A stretch of DNA of 64,000 nt, taken from Candidatus Nanoarchaeia archaeon (GTDB lineage Archaea > Nanobdellota > Nanobdellia > SCGC-AAA011-G17 > JAFCDX01). Positions 20,456 to 29,282 of this stretch are shown piece by piece. Made by a program: the position numbers and the translations under genes. Within the stretch, counting starts at the first letter, position 1. Each line of letters begins with the position of its first letter. Below the pieces are notes generated by a model that saw only the letters and a program-made list of their open reading frames with translations, was not told where the DNA came from and did not search any database. The stretch lies in NCBI GenBank assembly GCA_041651575.1, contig JBAZJB010000001.1:266609-330608 (forward strand). Reading direction: 5' to 3'.

Positions 20456-20514
20456 TTGCATAATTACCCACCAAAACCTTTATAAATAAGTTTTAAATCA
20501 ATATTTTATTCAAA

Positions 20515-21795
20515 ATGGCAAGAACAAAACCACATATGAACATTGTATTTGTAGGTCATGTAGACCATGGTAAATCAACTACAGTTGGTAGACTATTATA
20601 TGATGCAGGTGGTATACCAGAAACAGAAATGAAAAAGCTTAAAGAAAAAGCTCAAGAATTAGGAAAAGCTGGTTTTGAATTCGCATTCGTTATGGATAAC
20701 TTAAAAGAAGAACAAGAAAGAGGAGTTACCATAGATTTATCACATAAAAAATTTATAACAAACAAATATGAATATACAATTATAGATGCTCCTGGTCACA
20801 GAGATTTCATTAAAAATATGATTACTGGAGCAAGCCAAGCAGATGTTGGTGTTGTTGTAGTAGCAGCTTCCGATGGAATTATGGAACAAACTAAAGAACA
20901 TATTTTCTTATGTAAAACTCTTGGTGTAAATCAATTAGCAATCTTAGTTAATAAAATGGATGTTGTTAATTTTGATGAAACTAAATTCAATGCAGTTAAA
21001 ACCAATGTTACAACTTTATTAAAATCAGTAGGATATAAAACAGAAGAAATTAATTTCATACCAGCAAGTTCATATTTAGGAGAAAATATTGTTAATAGAT
21101 CAACAAAAACTCCTTGGTATAAAGGACCAACATTAAGAGAACAATTAGATTTATTCAAAGAACCAGAAAAACCAACAAACTTACCATTAAGATTACCAAT
21201 TCAAGATGTATATAGTATTCAAGGTATTGGAGTAGTTCCAGTTGGAAGAGTTGAAACAGGAATTATGAAAATAGGAGATAAAGTTACTGTATGCCCAGGA
21301 AGAGAAGGTAAAGGTGTAAATGGAGAAGTAAAATCTATTGAAATGCATCATGAACAAATGACTGAAGCATTACCTGGAGATAATGTAGGATTTAACGTTA
21401 GAGGTATTGAAAAGAAAGATATAGCAAGAGGAGATGTTTTAGGACCTACAAGTAATCCTCCAAGTGTTGTTACAGAATTTACTGCTCAAGTTGTAATATT
21501 AAATCATCCAACAGTATTAACGGTAGGATACACACCAGTATTCCACATTCACACTTCACAAACAGCATGTAAATTTATAGAATTAGTTAAACAAATTAAT
21601 CCTGCAACAGGTGAAACAATAAAAGAACATCCTGATATGTTAAAAAATGGAGACGTAGCAATTGTTAAAATACAACCTACAAAACCTTTGGTAATTGAAA
21701 GACAAAAAGAAATACCACATATGGCAAGATTTGCAATCAGAGATGCAGGTACAACTGTAGCAGCAGGTATGTGCATTGATTTAGTGAAAAAGTGA
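20515..21795 (+). CDS. tuf: translation elongation factor 1-alpha (aEF-1A)
   Basis: 426 aa; [26 protein letters not shown] motifs. Confidence 0.95.
   Translation: MARTKPHMNIVFVGHVDHGKSTTVGRLLYDAGGIPETEMKKLKEKAQELGKAGFEFAFVMDNLKEEQERGVTIDLSHKKFITNKYEYTIIDAPGHRDFIKNMITGASQADVGVVVVAASDGIMEQTKEHIFLCKTLGVNQLAILVNKMDVVNFDETKFNAVKTNVTTLLKSVGYKTEEINFIPASSYLGENIVNRSTKTPWYKGPTLREQLDLFKEPEKPTNLPLRLPIQDVYSIQGIGVVPVGRVETGIMKIGDKVTVCPGREGKGVNGEVKSIEMHHEQMTEALPGDNVGFNVRGIEKKDIARGDVLGPTSNPPSVVTEFTAQVVILNHPTVLTVGYTPVFHIHTSQTACKFIELVKQINPATGETIKEHPDMLKNGDVAIVKIQPTKPLVIERQKEIPHMARFAIRDAGTTVAAGMCIDLVKK
21761..21791 (+). repeat. attL-like direct repeat: last 31 nt of tuf (cagcaggtatgtgcattgatttagtgaaaaa)
   Basis: Identical apart from one transition to 37448..37478. 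Confidence 0.7.
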
Positions 21796-22069
21796 AATCA
21801 TGGCTTATAAGCCTTAATTCTTTATTATTTTTACATTTTATGTTTTGAAAACTAATGTATCTTGACTGCATGAATGCACTTTTTGAGTTGCTAACATACA
21901 CTTTTATGTTTCTATCAAATTGATTGTTATTGATGTCTATAAGTCTTTTATTGATAAATCTTAATTTTTTCTTTGGAATTAAGAGCATTTCTGCATCTTC
22001 ATATGTTTTGTTTACCTTTCTACACAAAGGTACATTCATTTGGTTAAAATTCATATATTTCATTTTGGA

Positions 22070-22798
22070 TTAAGGCAACGTAAAACTTACGTTTAATTTT
22101 AATTTATTATATATTTCATTTGCTAATTCTAATTTAACCTTTTCAGGATTATGATAATAATCAAATAAAAATGCTATTATAAAATCCATAAAAAATATTC
22201 TTTTAGTATATTCATCAGATTCTTGTTCTATAACTACTTTATTATCTGATAAAATTTTAATTAAAATTTTAAATGAGGAGGGGAATTGAGTTATTTTAAA
22301 AAGTAAATCATAATCTTTTTTTTCAAGTTTAAGAGTAGAATTTAAATTTTTGAATTTAAATTGATTATCTTTAATTTCAATTTTAATATCCCCGACAGAA
22401 TCAGAAATTGCTGAAAGTATTTCTTTATTATTAAAACAATCTTTAAAATAAACGCTATTAACAAAAATTAGAATGTCATCATTTTCTTTAAATTTTTCTG
22501 CTATCTTTATAAAAGGTTCTTTCCCTTCCATAATTATATATTTCCTTGATTTTCCCCTGCCATATTTATCTTCTTTAACTATTCCTATTTTAATAAAGTT
22601 TCTTAAATGATTTTCAATAGGAGTCCTTGATTTATAACTAAAGTTATATTTTTCCGTAAAATATTCTAAAATACCTCCTATTGTAGAAGATTTTTTATTT
22701 ATCAAATGTTCAAGAATAATAAGATTAGATTTTTTCGGAGGTTTTCCTTTTTGTATACTACCATCCCAGTTACAATTTTTTTTATTATTTAATCCCAT
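22070..22798 (-). CDS. hypothetical protein in the element (possible wHTH regulator)
   Basis: 242 aa. Confidence 0.35.
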   Translation of the reverse strand: MGLNNKKNCNWDGSIQKGKPPKKSNLIILEHLINKKSSTIGGILEYFTEKYNFSYKSRTPIENHLRNFIKIGIVKEDKYGRGKSRKYIIMEGKEPFIKIAEKFKENDDILIFVNSVYFKDCFNNKEILSAISDSVGDIKIEIKDNQFKFKNLNSTLKLEKKDYDLLFKITQFPSSFKILIKILSDNKVVIEQESDEYTKRIFFMDFIIAFLFDYYHNPEKVKLELANEIYNKLKLNVSFTLP

Positions 22799-22970
22799 AC
22801 ATATAATCTAACATTAACTAGTATATAAAGTTTACCTTTAATAGGTTACCTATCAAGAGTAATAAATATGATATTTTTTATAAAAAAATGAAGTAACCTT
22901 TTTTATTATAATAAAGATTACTTTTAATAAAAAAATAATTTTATTATATGTGAAATTATAATTTAAACTT

Positions 22971-23147
22971 ATGACCTATATAAAATTAGGAACGCGGAAG
23001 ATTGTGGGAATTAAGAATTCCAGACTAATCACTTTGCCTCAAATTTGGATTCTTGCAAAAGATGTAAAGAAAGGCGATTCTCTTAATATTGAAATGGAAG
23101 AAGGCACCGATAAATTAATTCTGAGCAAAATAAAGGTGATTTCTTAA
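22971..23147 (+). CDS. AbrB/SpoVT/MazE-type swapped-hairpin DNA-binding protein, unannotated short ORF
   Basis: 58 aa read codon by codon: MTYIKLGTRKIVGIKNSRLITLPQIWILAKDVKKGDSLNIEMEEGTDKLILSKIKVIS; typical AbrB pattern. Confidence 0.5.
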   Translation: MTYIKLGTRKIVGIKNSRLITLPQIWILAKDVKKGDSLNIEMEEGTDKLILSKIKVIS

Positions 23148-23151
23148 TAAA

Positions 23152-23418
23152 ATGAATAATATTACCTCAGAAGAACAAACTAATCAATATCTAGTAAAGA
23201 AAGGTATAATATTAGATTCTGGTAAACGGCTTTTGGTACTTTTACAAAGAAAAAATTTAAAACAGTCAGACCTTAGTGCAAAAATTGGTTATTCAAGGCA
23301 ATATATTAATGGGATTATACATAATAGAATAATTCCTTCTACTATTATTAAGAAAAAAATAGTTACTATACTTGAATGTGATACAATTGATATATGGGGT
23401 AATAAAAATGAAGAGTAA
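23152..23418 (+). CDS. XRE-family helix-turn-helix regulator (repressor-like)
   Basis: 88 aa; LKQSDLSAKIGYSRQYINGIIHNR HTH. Confidence 0.6.
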   Translation: MNNITSEEQTNQYLVKKGIILDSGKRLLVLLQRKNLKQSDLSAKIGYSRQYINGIIHNRIIPSTIIKKKIVTILECDTIDIWGNKNEE

Positions 23419-23435
23419 AATAAAACTCTTATTTA

Positions 23436-23487
23436 TTTATATCTATTTATTGATATTTAAATATTTATATCTATTTATTGATATTTA
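23436..23487 (+). repeat. two 24-nt direct repeats (tttatatctatttattgatattta) with 28-nt period, within an AT-rich repeat tract at 23430..23600
   Basis: Read directly; followed by aaataaata x2 and cat/att repeats; candidate operator, iteron or origin of the element. Confidence 0.5.
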
Positions 23488-23603
23488 TTATTCTAATATA
23501 TGTATATTATTTTCTTATTTAAATAAATATTTAAATAAATACCTCTTTAACTTCCTTTTTTTTATTTTATTTATTCATATTCATATTTTGGAATAAATCA
23601 AAA

Positions 23604-23945
23604 ATGGTAAAAAATTCAAGCAAGATTACGAGAACATTTAGTTTAAGTATCGAAGTAGTTAATTTATTAGAAGAAAGTGTAAATGCTGGTTACATTAAAA
23701 ATATGTCTAAATTTATTGAAGATTTAATATTTTCTAATTTGGGGAGCAGAGATTTTATCAAAAGAAAATTAGTTCAAGAAGCAGAATCAATTCGGGAACG
23801 TTTTGAGAGTATTAATTATGAATTCGAATTTAATTTTAATTTAAAAGAAAAAGAACCTAAAACCCTATACGCTCAAAGTTCTAATGTCGAGGACTTAAAA
23901 GAAGAAGTAAAAATTGTGGAGGTAGAAGAAAATGAAAGAAAATGA
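23604..23945 (+). CDS. putative ribbon-helix-helix (CopG/Arc-like) DNA-binding protein
   Basis: 113 aa; N-terminal KITRTFSLSIEVVNLLEE fits a beta-strand-helix RHH fold. Confidence 0.35.
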   Translation: MVKNSSKITRTFSLSIEVVNLLEESVNAGYIKNMSKFIEDLIFSNLGSRDFIKRKLVQEAESIRERFESINYEFEFNFNLKEKEPKTLYAQSSNVEDLKEEVKIVEVEENERK

Positions 23946-24315
23946 AAAAGAAGCACAAAAATTGCTTAATTATTTTATTAACCAATTAAAATTAAACAGT
24001 TGGAATGTGGAATTAAAATTAAAAAAATTAGAAAAAAGTACAACGGGGGAGATTAAATATGATGTAGAAACAAAAGAAGCAACAATAAATATAGATTTTA
24101 CAAATATGAATGAAAAATATAATTTAAGATATACAATTATTCATGAATTATTACATTTAGTTATTAGTGAAGAAATGTTTTCTGCTTCAACAATATTCCA
24201 AGAAGATTTTAAAAGAATGCATAGTAATTTAAGAAATTTTTTAGGTGATAGAACTGAGCAATTGACTCATCGATTTACAAAATTATTATATTCAAAAGAT
24301 AAAGGAGGTGAATAA
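23932..24315 (+). CDS. HExxH metallopeptidase-like protein (ImmA/IrrE-like or SprT-like)
   Basis: 127 aa; IIHELLHLVISEE; partnered with the XRE HTH gene upstream as in ImmR/ImmA modules. Confidence 0.4.
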   Translation: MKENEKEAQKLLNYFINQLKLNSWNVELKLKKLEKSTTGEIKYDVETKEATINIDFTNMNEKYNLRYTIIHELLHLVISEEMFSASTIFQEDFKRMHSNLRNFLGDRTEQLTHRFTKLLYSKDKGGE

Positions 24316-24317
24316 AA

Positions 24318-24488
24318 ATGCAAAAAGAAGAAGCTAAAGCACCAGATTTTGTTGGAAAGGTTCCTATTGCAATATGGAAAAATAAAGACAAAAATGGAAA
24401 AGATTATGTTACACTTAAATTGTTTGGTACAACTTTTAATCTTTGGAAGAATGAACCAAAAATAACAGAAGAAAAAATAGAGGGTTAA
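24318..24488 (+). CDS. small hypothetical protein, unannotated short ORF
   Basis: 56 aa read codon by codon; aggaggtg 8 nt upstream; followed by a gagggtt...aaccctc hairpin. Confidence 0.25.
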   Translation: MQKEEAKAPDFVGKVPIAIWKNKDKNGKDYVTLKLFGTTFNLWKNEPKITEEKIEG

Positions 24489-24549
24489 TAACTAAAAACC
24501 CTCTAAAATATATAAAAATGTAAATGCCACTATATAGTGCCATATTAAA

Positions 24550-24807
24550 ATGGGGAAAAAACATATATACAAAAAATTGATTCAAGAGATATATCTCTTA
24601 TTTAGGGGAGGAGAATTTAGATATTCGGGATTATTGCATTCTTTACCTAGAAGAGGGGTAAATTGGGAGAAAGGTAATGTTCATACTATATTAAACAGAC
24701 TTGTAGATTATGGTATTGTTAAAAAGGTAAAACGTGGAGTATACAAATTAAAAGAAAATAAAATAAGATGGATTATGAATGGATTAAAAAAAGAGGGAAA
24801 ATTATGA
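24550..24807 (+). CDS. small winged-helix-like hypothetical protein
   Basis: 85 aa. Confidence 0.3.
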   Translation: MGKKHIYKKLIQEIYLLFRGGEFRYSGLLHSLPRRGVNWEKGNVHTILNRLVDYGIVKKVKRGVYKLKENKIRWIMNGLKKEGKL

Positions 24808-25502
24808 GATATTATAATATCTATTGGTCTGAGATTTATACAAAGGCGCCAATTGATTTATATAATGTTTGTAGTATTGCAAGGAAAGTAGAAAGAAAAA
24901 TAAAATTTAAAATAAGCAAAGAAGATTTTAAACTTAATCAAAGTTTAGAGTGGGAAATAATAGGGATAGGAGCAGACATCGATATTCTTTTAGGAATAAT
25001 TATTAGCCTCATTCCAGAATTAATAGAAATTCAAAAAGATAATGAAACTAAAGATGAACTTGAAACAAAAAGAGTTATAGAAAAAACAATTGAATTTTAT
25101 ATAGGGCTGATTAAAAGAAGGGTAAATGAGCTTAATGAAGTTAATTCAAAACAAATGGGAGGACTTGCATCTATGTACCATTTAAGGACTTATTTAAACG
25201 AAATGAGTAATATACTTTACAACTTAATTTATTATCCTTTATGTAATGCATCTAAAAAATGTAATATGGATAAGAAAAAATTCTTATATTATTTTTGGAG
25301 TGAGTTGAAAATAAAATTACTTGCATTTGGTTCACCCTATAGTTTTGTATCTAAAAAAGATTCTTTAAAAATATTTGATGATATTTCTTTTGATAATCTT
25401 TATGAACCAAAACTTCAGAAAACAATTTCTGAAAATTCTTCATTAATAAAAAAAGACTTAGATGAATTAAATTCTATGGATATAAAGGATTTATTTAAAT
25501 AA
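24768..25502 (+). CDS. hypothetical protein
   Basis: 244 aa. Confidence 0.35.
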   Translation: MDYEWIKKRGKIMRYYNIYWSEIYTKAPIDLYNVCSIARKVERKIKFKISKEDFKLNQSLEWEIIGIGADIDILLGIIISLIPELIEIQKDNETKDELETKRVIEKTIEFYIGLIKRRVNELNEVNSKQMGGLASMYHLRTYLNEMSNILYNLIYYPLCNASKKCNMDKKKFLYYFWSELKIKLLAFGSPYSFVSKKDSLKIFDDISFDNLYEPKLQKTISENSSLIKKDLDELNSMDIKDLFK

Positions 25503-25547
25503 AATGATTTTAGAAACAATTATAAATAAGAAATTATTTAATAGAAT

Positions 25548-25832
25548 ATGAATAAAACCATAAAATATGCTATTTTTATATCTATGGGAATATTAGTTCT
25601 TTTAGGAGTATTCTTTTTATTCTTTTCAGGTAGAATGTCAAGAGTGTCTTGTAATATTTATGATTATGGTTCCGATAGTAGCTATACTAAAAATATTGTA
25701 TATGAAGATTTAGAAAATATGGATTGTGCTAATTGTAAAGTTTATTGTGAAAACAGATATACTATCTATGGATATCAACAAATTGGTGCAGAAATAGAAA
25801 ATAATAAATGTATATGTTATGTTAAGTATTAA
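25548..25832 (+). CDS. small secreted/membrane Cys-rich protein
   Basis: 94 aa; N-terminal TM; CANCKVYC...CICY. Confidence 0.3.
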   Translation: MNKTIKYAIFISMGILVLLGVFFLFFSGRMSRVSCNIYDYGSDSSYTKNIVYEDLENMDCANCKVYCENRYTIYGYQQIGAEIENNKCICYVKY

Positions 25833-25835
25833 AAA

Positions 25836-26033
25836 ATGAAAAGAAGTACATGTAAATTATTAATAGGTATAGGCATTATTCTTCCAATAATATCGTTGCC
25901 TTTATTTGTAATATCCTTATTTCTTTTTGTGATTGCTATAGCAAAATGGAACTCAGAAACAGAATTTAAGAGTTTAAAACAAAGAGCTAAAGTTCATATT
26001 CATACAAAAGCAAAATATAAAGATTTAGAATGA
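25836..26033 (+). CDS. small membrane protein
   Basis: 65 aa; hydrophobic core. Confidence 0.3.
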   Translation: MKRSTCKLLIGIGIILPIISLPLFVISLFLFVIAIAKWNSETEFKSLKQRAKVHIHTKAKYKDLE

Positions 26034-26305
26034 AAAAAATTAAAGTTGTTAATTTTAGTTTAGGTAAGAATAAAGTTTCTATAGAAAGATTAACAAAATT
26101 ATTTAGTGAAAATTTAGTAATAAAAGTAAATAATAAACAAATTATAAAAGAACCTACACATCGAACAGGAACAAAAAAATTTAATTTTGAAGCAGGTGAA
26201 GATAAAGTTATGATAGATATTGTATTACCTTATTTTCCTGCTAAAAATCAATATGAATGTAAAGTTTGGGTTAATGGAAAAATAAAAGATATTTATTATT
26301 TATAA
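26030..26305 (+). CDS. hypothetical protein
   Basis: 91 aa; start overlaps the previous stop. Confidence 0.3.
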   Translation: MKKIKVVNFSLGKNKVSIERLTKLFSENLVIKVNNKQIIKEPTHRTGTKKFNFEAGEDKVMIDIVLPYFPAKNQYECKVWVNGKIKDIYYL

Positions 26306-26306
26306 A

Positions 26307-26648
26307 ATGGTTTCAAGAGATATTACAATATTAAATCAAAAGATATTAATAATTTCTATAGTAGTATCTGTTTTATTATCTCAATTCGCAAATTTATTAG
26401 CTTCGCAGATGTTTTTAGATTTTTATACTAAAACTACCTTCGCTAAATTGTTTTTAATTCTTATTTATATTTTAAGTATGTTATTTCTTTGTGTTTTTTT
26501 TATAGCCGGTTTATTTTGGATATTTAATATTAAATTTAAATATATGGAATTTAAAAGATTAAAAAAAGGTTTATTTTATTGTGGTTTAATCCTATTGATA
26601 TTAATTATGGTTGGTATAATTAAATGGATATTTCTTTTAACTCATTAA
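26307..26648 (+). CDS. small multi-pass membrane protein
   Basis: 113 aa. Confidence 0.3.
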   Translation: MVSRDITILNQKILIISIVVSVLLSQFANLLASQMFLDFYTKTTFAKLFLILIYILSMLFLCVFFIAGLFWIFNIKFKYMEFKRLKKGLFYCGLILLILIMVGIIKWIFLLTH

Positions 26649-26686
26649 CTCTTCTTATTATAGTAACGGAAGAAGTATTAAATTCC

Positions 26687-27040
26687 TTAGTTTAAATATT
26701 CTTTCTTTATAAATTTCATTAAATCCGGTCTAATTCTAACAATTAGCACCTTTTCTTTGATAAGATTATAAGCTTCATCAAAATTCATTCCATTTTTAAT
26801 TAAATAAACTAATGCAACAGCATTACTTCTGCTCATCCCCCCAATGCAAATAATAACAGCTTTCTTCTTTTTCTTGATTATATTTTCAACATGCCTAACT
26901 TTAGATTGGAATTGCCCTTTATTAATTTGTTTTCCATCTATCAAATCTCTAACTATCTCAATCTCTACATTCTTCAATTTCTTTATTTTCTCAAATTCCC
27001 TTAATGGAGCTGTTCCTAGATTTTTTGTTATCCAATACAT
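26687..27040 (-). CDS. dual-specificity / protein-tyrosine phosphatase (CX5R)
   Basis: 117 aa; VIICIGGMSRSNAVALVYL is the HCxxGxxRS P-loop. Confidence 0.6.
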   Translation of the reverse strand: MYWITKNLGTAPLREFEKIKKLKNVEIEIVRDLIDGKQINKGQFQSKVRHVENIIKKKKKAVIICIGGMSRSNAVALVYLIKNGMNFDEAYNLIKEKVLIVRIRPDLMKFIKKEYLN

Positions 27041-27399
27041 TTTAGCCTACCTCGCTGTTTAACTATATTTAAATGTTTTTAATATTAAATTTTAGTATAT
27101 GAATCTTTATATAGCTTAAAAATACAATTTATAAGTGATTTAAGATGAAAGATATTAAAAATTATGAAAATATGAGCAAGTTTAAGAAAGACCTTACAGA
27201 ATTGATACTTAGAGCAGATAAAGAAAACCTTGAAAAATTAAGAGAAGCATATCCTGAACTTGTAAAAGAATTGAGAAATTAAATTATAAGTAATATTTAA
27301 TTAAAGCAACAATAGAACATAAAATTAGGAAAATTGAACCTACTATAACAAACCATCTATCTGTAAACCTTTCTGGAATTGAATATCCTTTAAAGAATT

Positions 27400-27633
27400 T
27401 CATTTTTTATCTTCTATTTTTAATTTTATATAAAAGGCAAGTAATAAAATGATTATGACTATAAGGGCATCTTCTAGTAAACTTTTTATAAATGGACTTA
27501 TTATTTTTAGAAACATAGCATTTTCTCCATTCATCCAAAAATCTATTTTAGAAATAATTAAGATTACCCCCAAGATTATTATAAAATCTATTAAATGTTC
27601 CTTAAACCAATTCCAATCTACTTCTAATTCCAT
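27400..27633 (-). CDS. small membrane protein
   Basis: 77 aa; two hydrophobic helices. Confidence 0.25.
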   Translation of the reverse strand: MELEVDWNWFKEHLIDFIIILGVILIISKIDFWMNGENAMFLKIISPFIKSLLEDALIVIIILLLAFYIKLKIEDKK

Positions 27634-27638
27634 TTTAT

Positions 27639-28493
27639 TTAAATATTAAAAATAACATCTTTAAATGTTTTTGCCTTATCTTCTTTTTGTTCTTGACAAA
27701 AAAATATATTAAATGGTTTATTTCTACTCTCATTTTTAGATTCTCTAAAATTGCTTATGAATATATTCATTAAATCCATTAAGTCTAAACATAAATTATA
27801 AAGTTCATTAAAATTATAATCTGAAAAATTTTCATAAACTATAAGACTCATGATATGGGGGTCTTTTTTTAATGATTTTGAATTATAATAAAATAGAATT
27901 TTAGAATTTTTATATACTTTATTTCCTACCTCAAAGTCTCCAGCATCTTCAAATCTTATTCTAAATCCATGTTTATAGGAATTATAAGCTTCCCTATGTT
28001 TTGTATATTCTTCTTTAATTCTTTCTAAACTTTCTTTTAAATTCATATAAGATAATTCTAATACTCCTTTAGCTTTATCGCATTGTTTATTATGGGCTGG
28101 GTAACATAAAAGTTTATTTAAACTATTATCATCTAAAGATAAGGTATCATAAAAAGATAAAACATCGTCTACTTTAAATGTATTATAATTTTGTGCAAAT
28201 TTAAACATATCATCATCTTTACTTGATACAAGTCCACCAAAATCTTCGGCTAATTTACAAAATTTTATTAGTATCTCTATAAATAATTGTCTTTTAATTA
28301 TTGACGGGTCATCATTTGGAAATATATCTTTTGTATTATCAAAACTTTTTTTTATTACCATTAAAGGAATTATAAGTTTACATGGATTTTGATGGTCCCA
28401 GAATACCTCAGAAAATACTTTGTTTAATTCACTTTCTTTTAAATTAAGTTTATCAAGTAATTCTTTTTTATATTTTGTAAGTTCTTTGCTCAT
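27639..28493 (-). CDS. hypothetical protein
   Basis: 284 aa. Confidence 0.35.
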   Translation of the reverse strand: MSKELTKYKKELLDKLNLKESELNKVFSEVFWDHQNPCKLIIPLMVIKKSFDNTKDIFPNDDPSIIKRQLFIEILIKFCKLAEDFGGLVSSKDDDMFKFAQNYNTFKVDDVLSFYDTLSLDDNSLNKLLCYPAHNKQCDKAKGVLELSYMNLKESLERIKEEYTKHREAYNSYKHGFRIRFEDAGDFEVGNKVYKNSKILFYYNSKSLKKDPHIMSLIVYENFSDYNFNELYNLCLDLMDLMNIFISNFRESKNESRNKPFNIFFCQEQKEDKAKTFKDVIFNI

Positions 28494-28682
28494 TTCTTTT
28501 TAACCAGTTTTTCCTTTTAAAGAATTTCTAATATAAAAAGGTTCGTTTTTAGTCTATTAAAAAATAGGTCTTTTCTTTATAAATAAGTAAGATACTCCTT
28601 TTTAACAAACTAAATAAATAGGAAGATTTATAAAAAGGTAAATATATACCCCAATATATAGGTTGATGGGGTTAGTTAATTA

Positions 28683-29282
28683 ATGAATAAAAACTTAATA
28701 ATTTTGGTAGGGATATTTTTAATTCTCCCAATATTTGTATCTGCTGGAATACCTCATTCAGTTTATGGATTTTTACCTAGTTCTGATGGAACAACAATAA
28801 CAGCTTATGTAGAAAGTAGACCATCGGAGATTCTTACAGATAATATTGGTATAGGTGGAAATTCGAAAGTTAATGAAGGATGGTTAATTGATATAGGAAA
28901 TTTTAATACCCCCTGGAAAATTGGTGATATTTTAATTATAGAATTTCCTAATAAAAATATAAATTTAATTTTAAATGACGCTGGAGCTCAAGAAGTAAAA
29001 TATACAAGTTCAACAAAAGCTTCTATCACTACCATAACTAATGATTCGGATAAAGAAAGTATAAGTAACATAAATCCTATTGTAGGAAATAAAACTATAA
29101 CCGAACCAAAGAAAACATTACAACAAAAAACCATAAATTCTTCAAATAAAACAGAACTTAATAGTACTTTATCTGAGAATGAAAATAACAATAAAACAAA
29201 AAACTTTATAAAGTGGGGAATCTTTTTATTTCTAATAATTATAGTAGTGGGGGTTATATTTATAAGAAAGTTTAGAAAATGA
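28683..29282 (+). CDS. secreted surface protein with shared N-domain and C-terminal TM anchor
   Basis: 199 aa; signal peptide; AGIPHSVYGF...AYVESRPSEILTD domain shared with ORFs 31483 and 32142; C-terminal hydrophobic anchor plus KFRK. Confidence 0.45.
   Translation: MNKNLIILVGIFLILPIFVSAGIPHSVYGFLPSSDGTTITAYVESRPSEILTDNIGIGGNSKVNEGWLIDIGNFNTPWKIGDILIIEFPNKNINLILNDAGAQEVKYTSSTKASITTITNDSDKESISNINPIVGNKTITEPKKTLQQKTINSSNKTELNSTLSENENNNKTKNFIKWGIFLFLIIIVVGVIFIRKFRK

Noticed and set aside
21737-22063. 108-aa minus-strand ORF overlapping the tuf stop and the attL junction
   Set aside because: Low-complexity, overlaps the tuf 3' end, no start context; likely spurious.
23372-23596. 74-aa ORF across the AT-rich repeat tract
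   Set aside because: Composed almost entirely of I/L/Y/F from tandem AT repeats; an artefact of repeat DNA.
27144-27257. Small ORF starting MKDIKNYENMSKF... in the element
   Set aside because: Codon-by-codon reading hits an in-frame TGA after 37 codons; too short and without motif to call.
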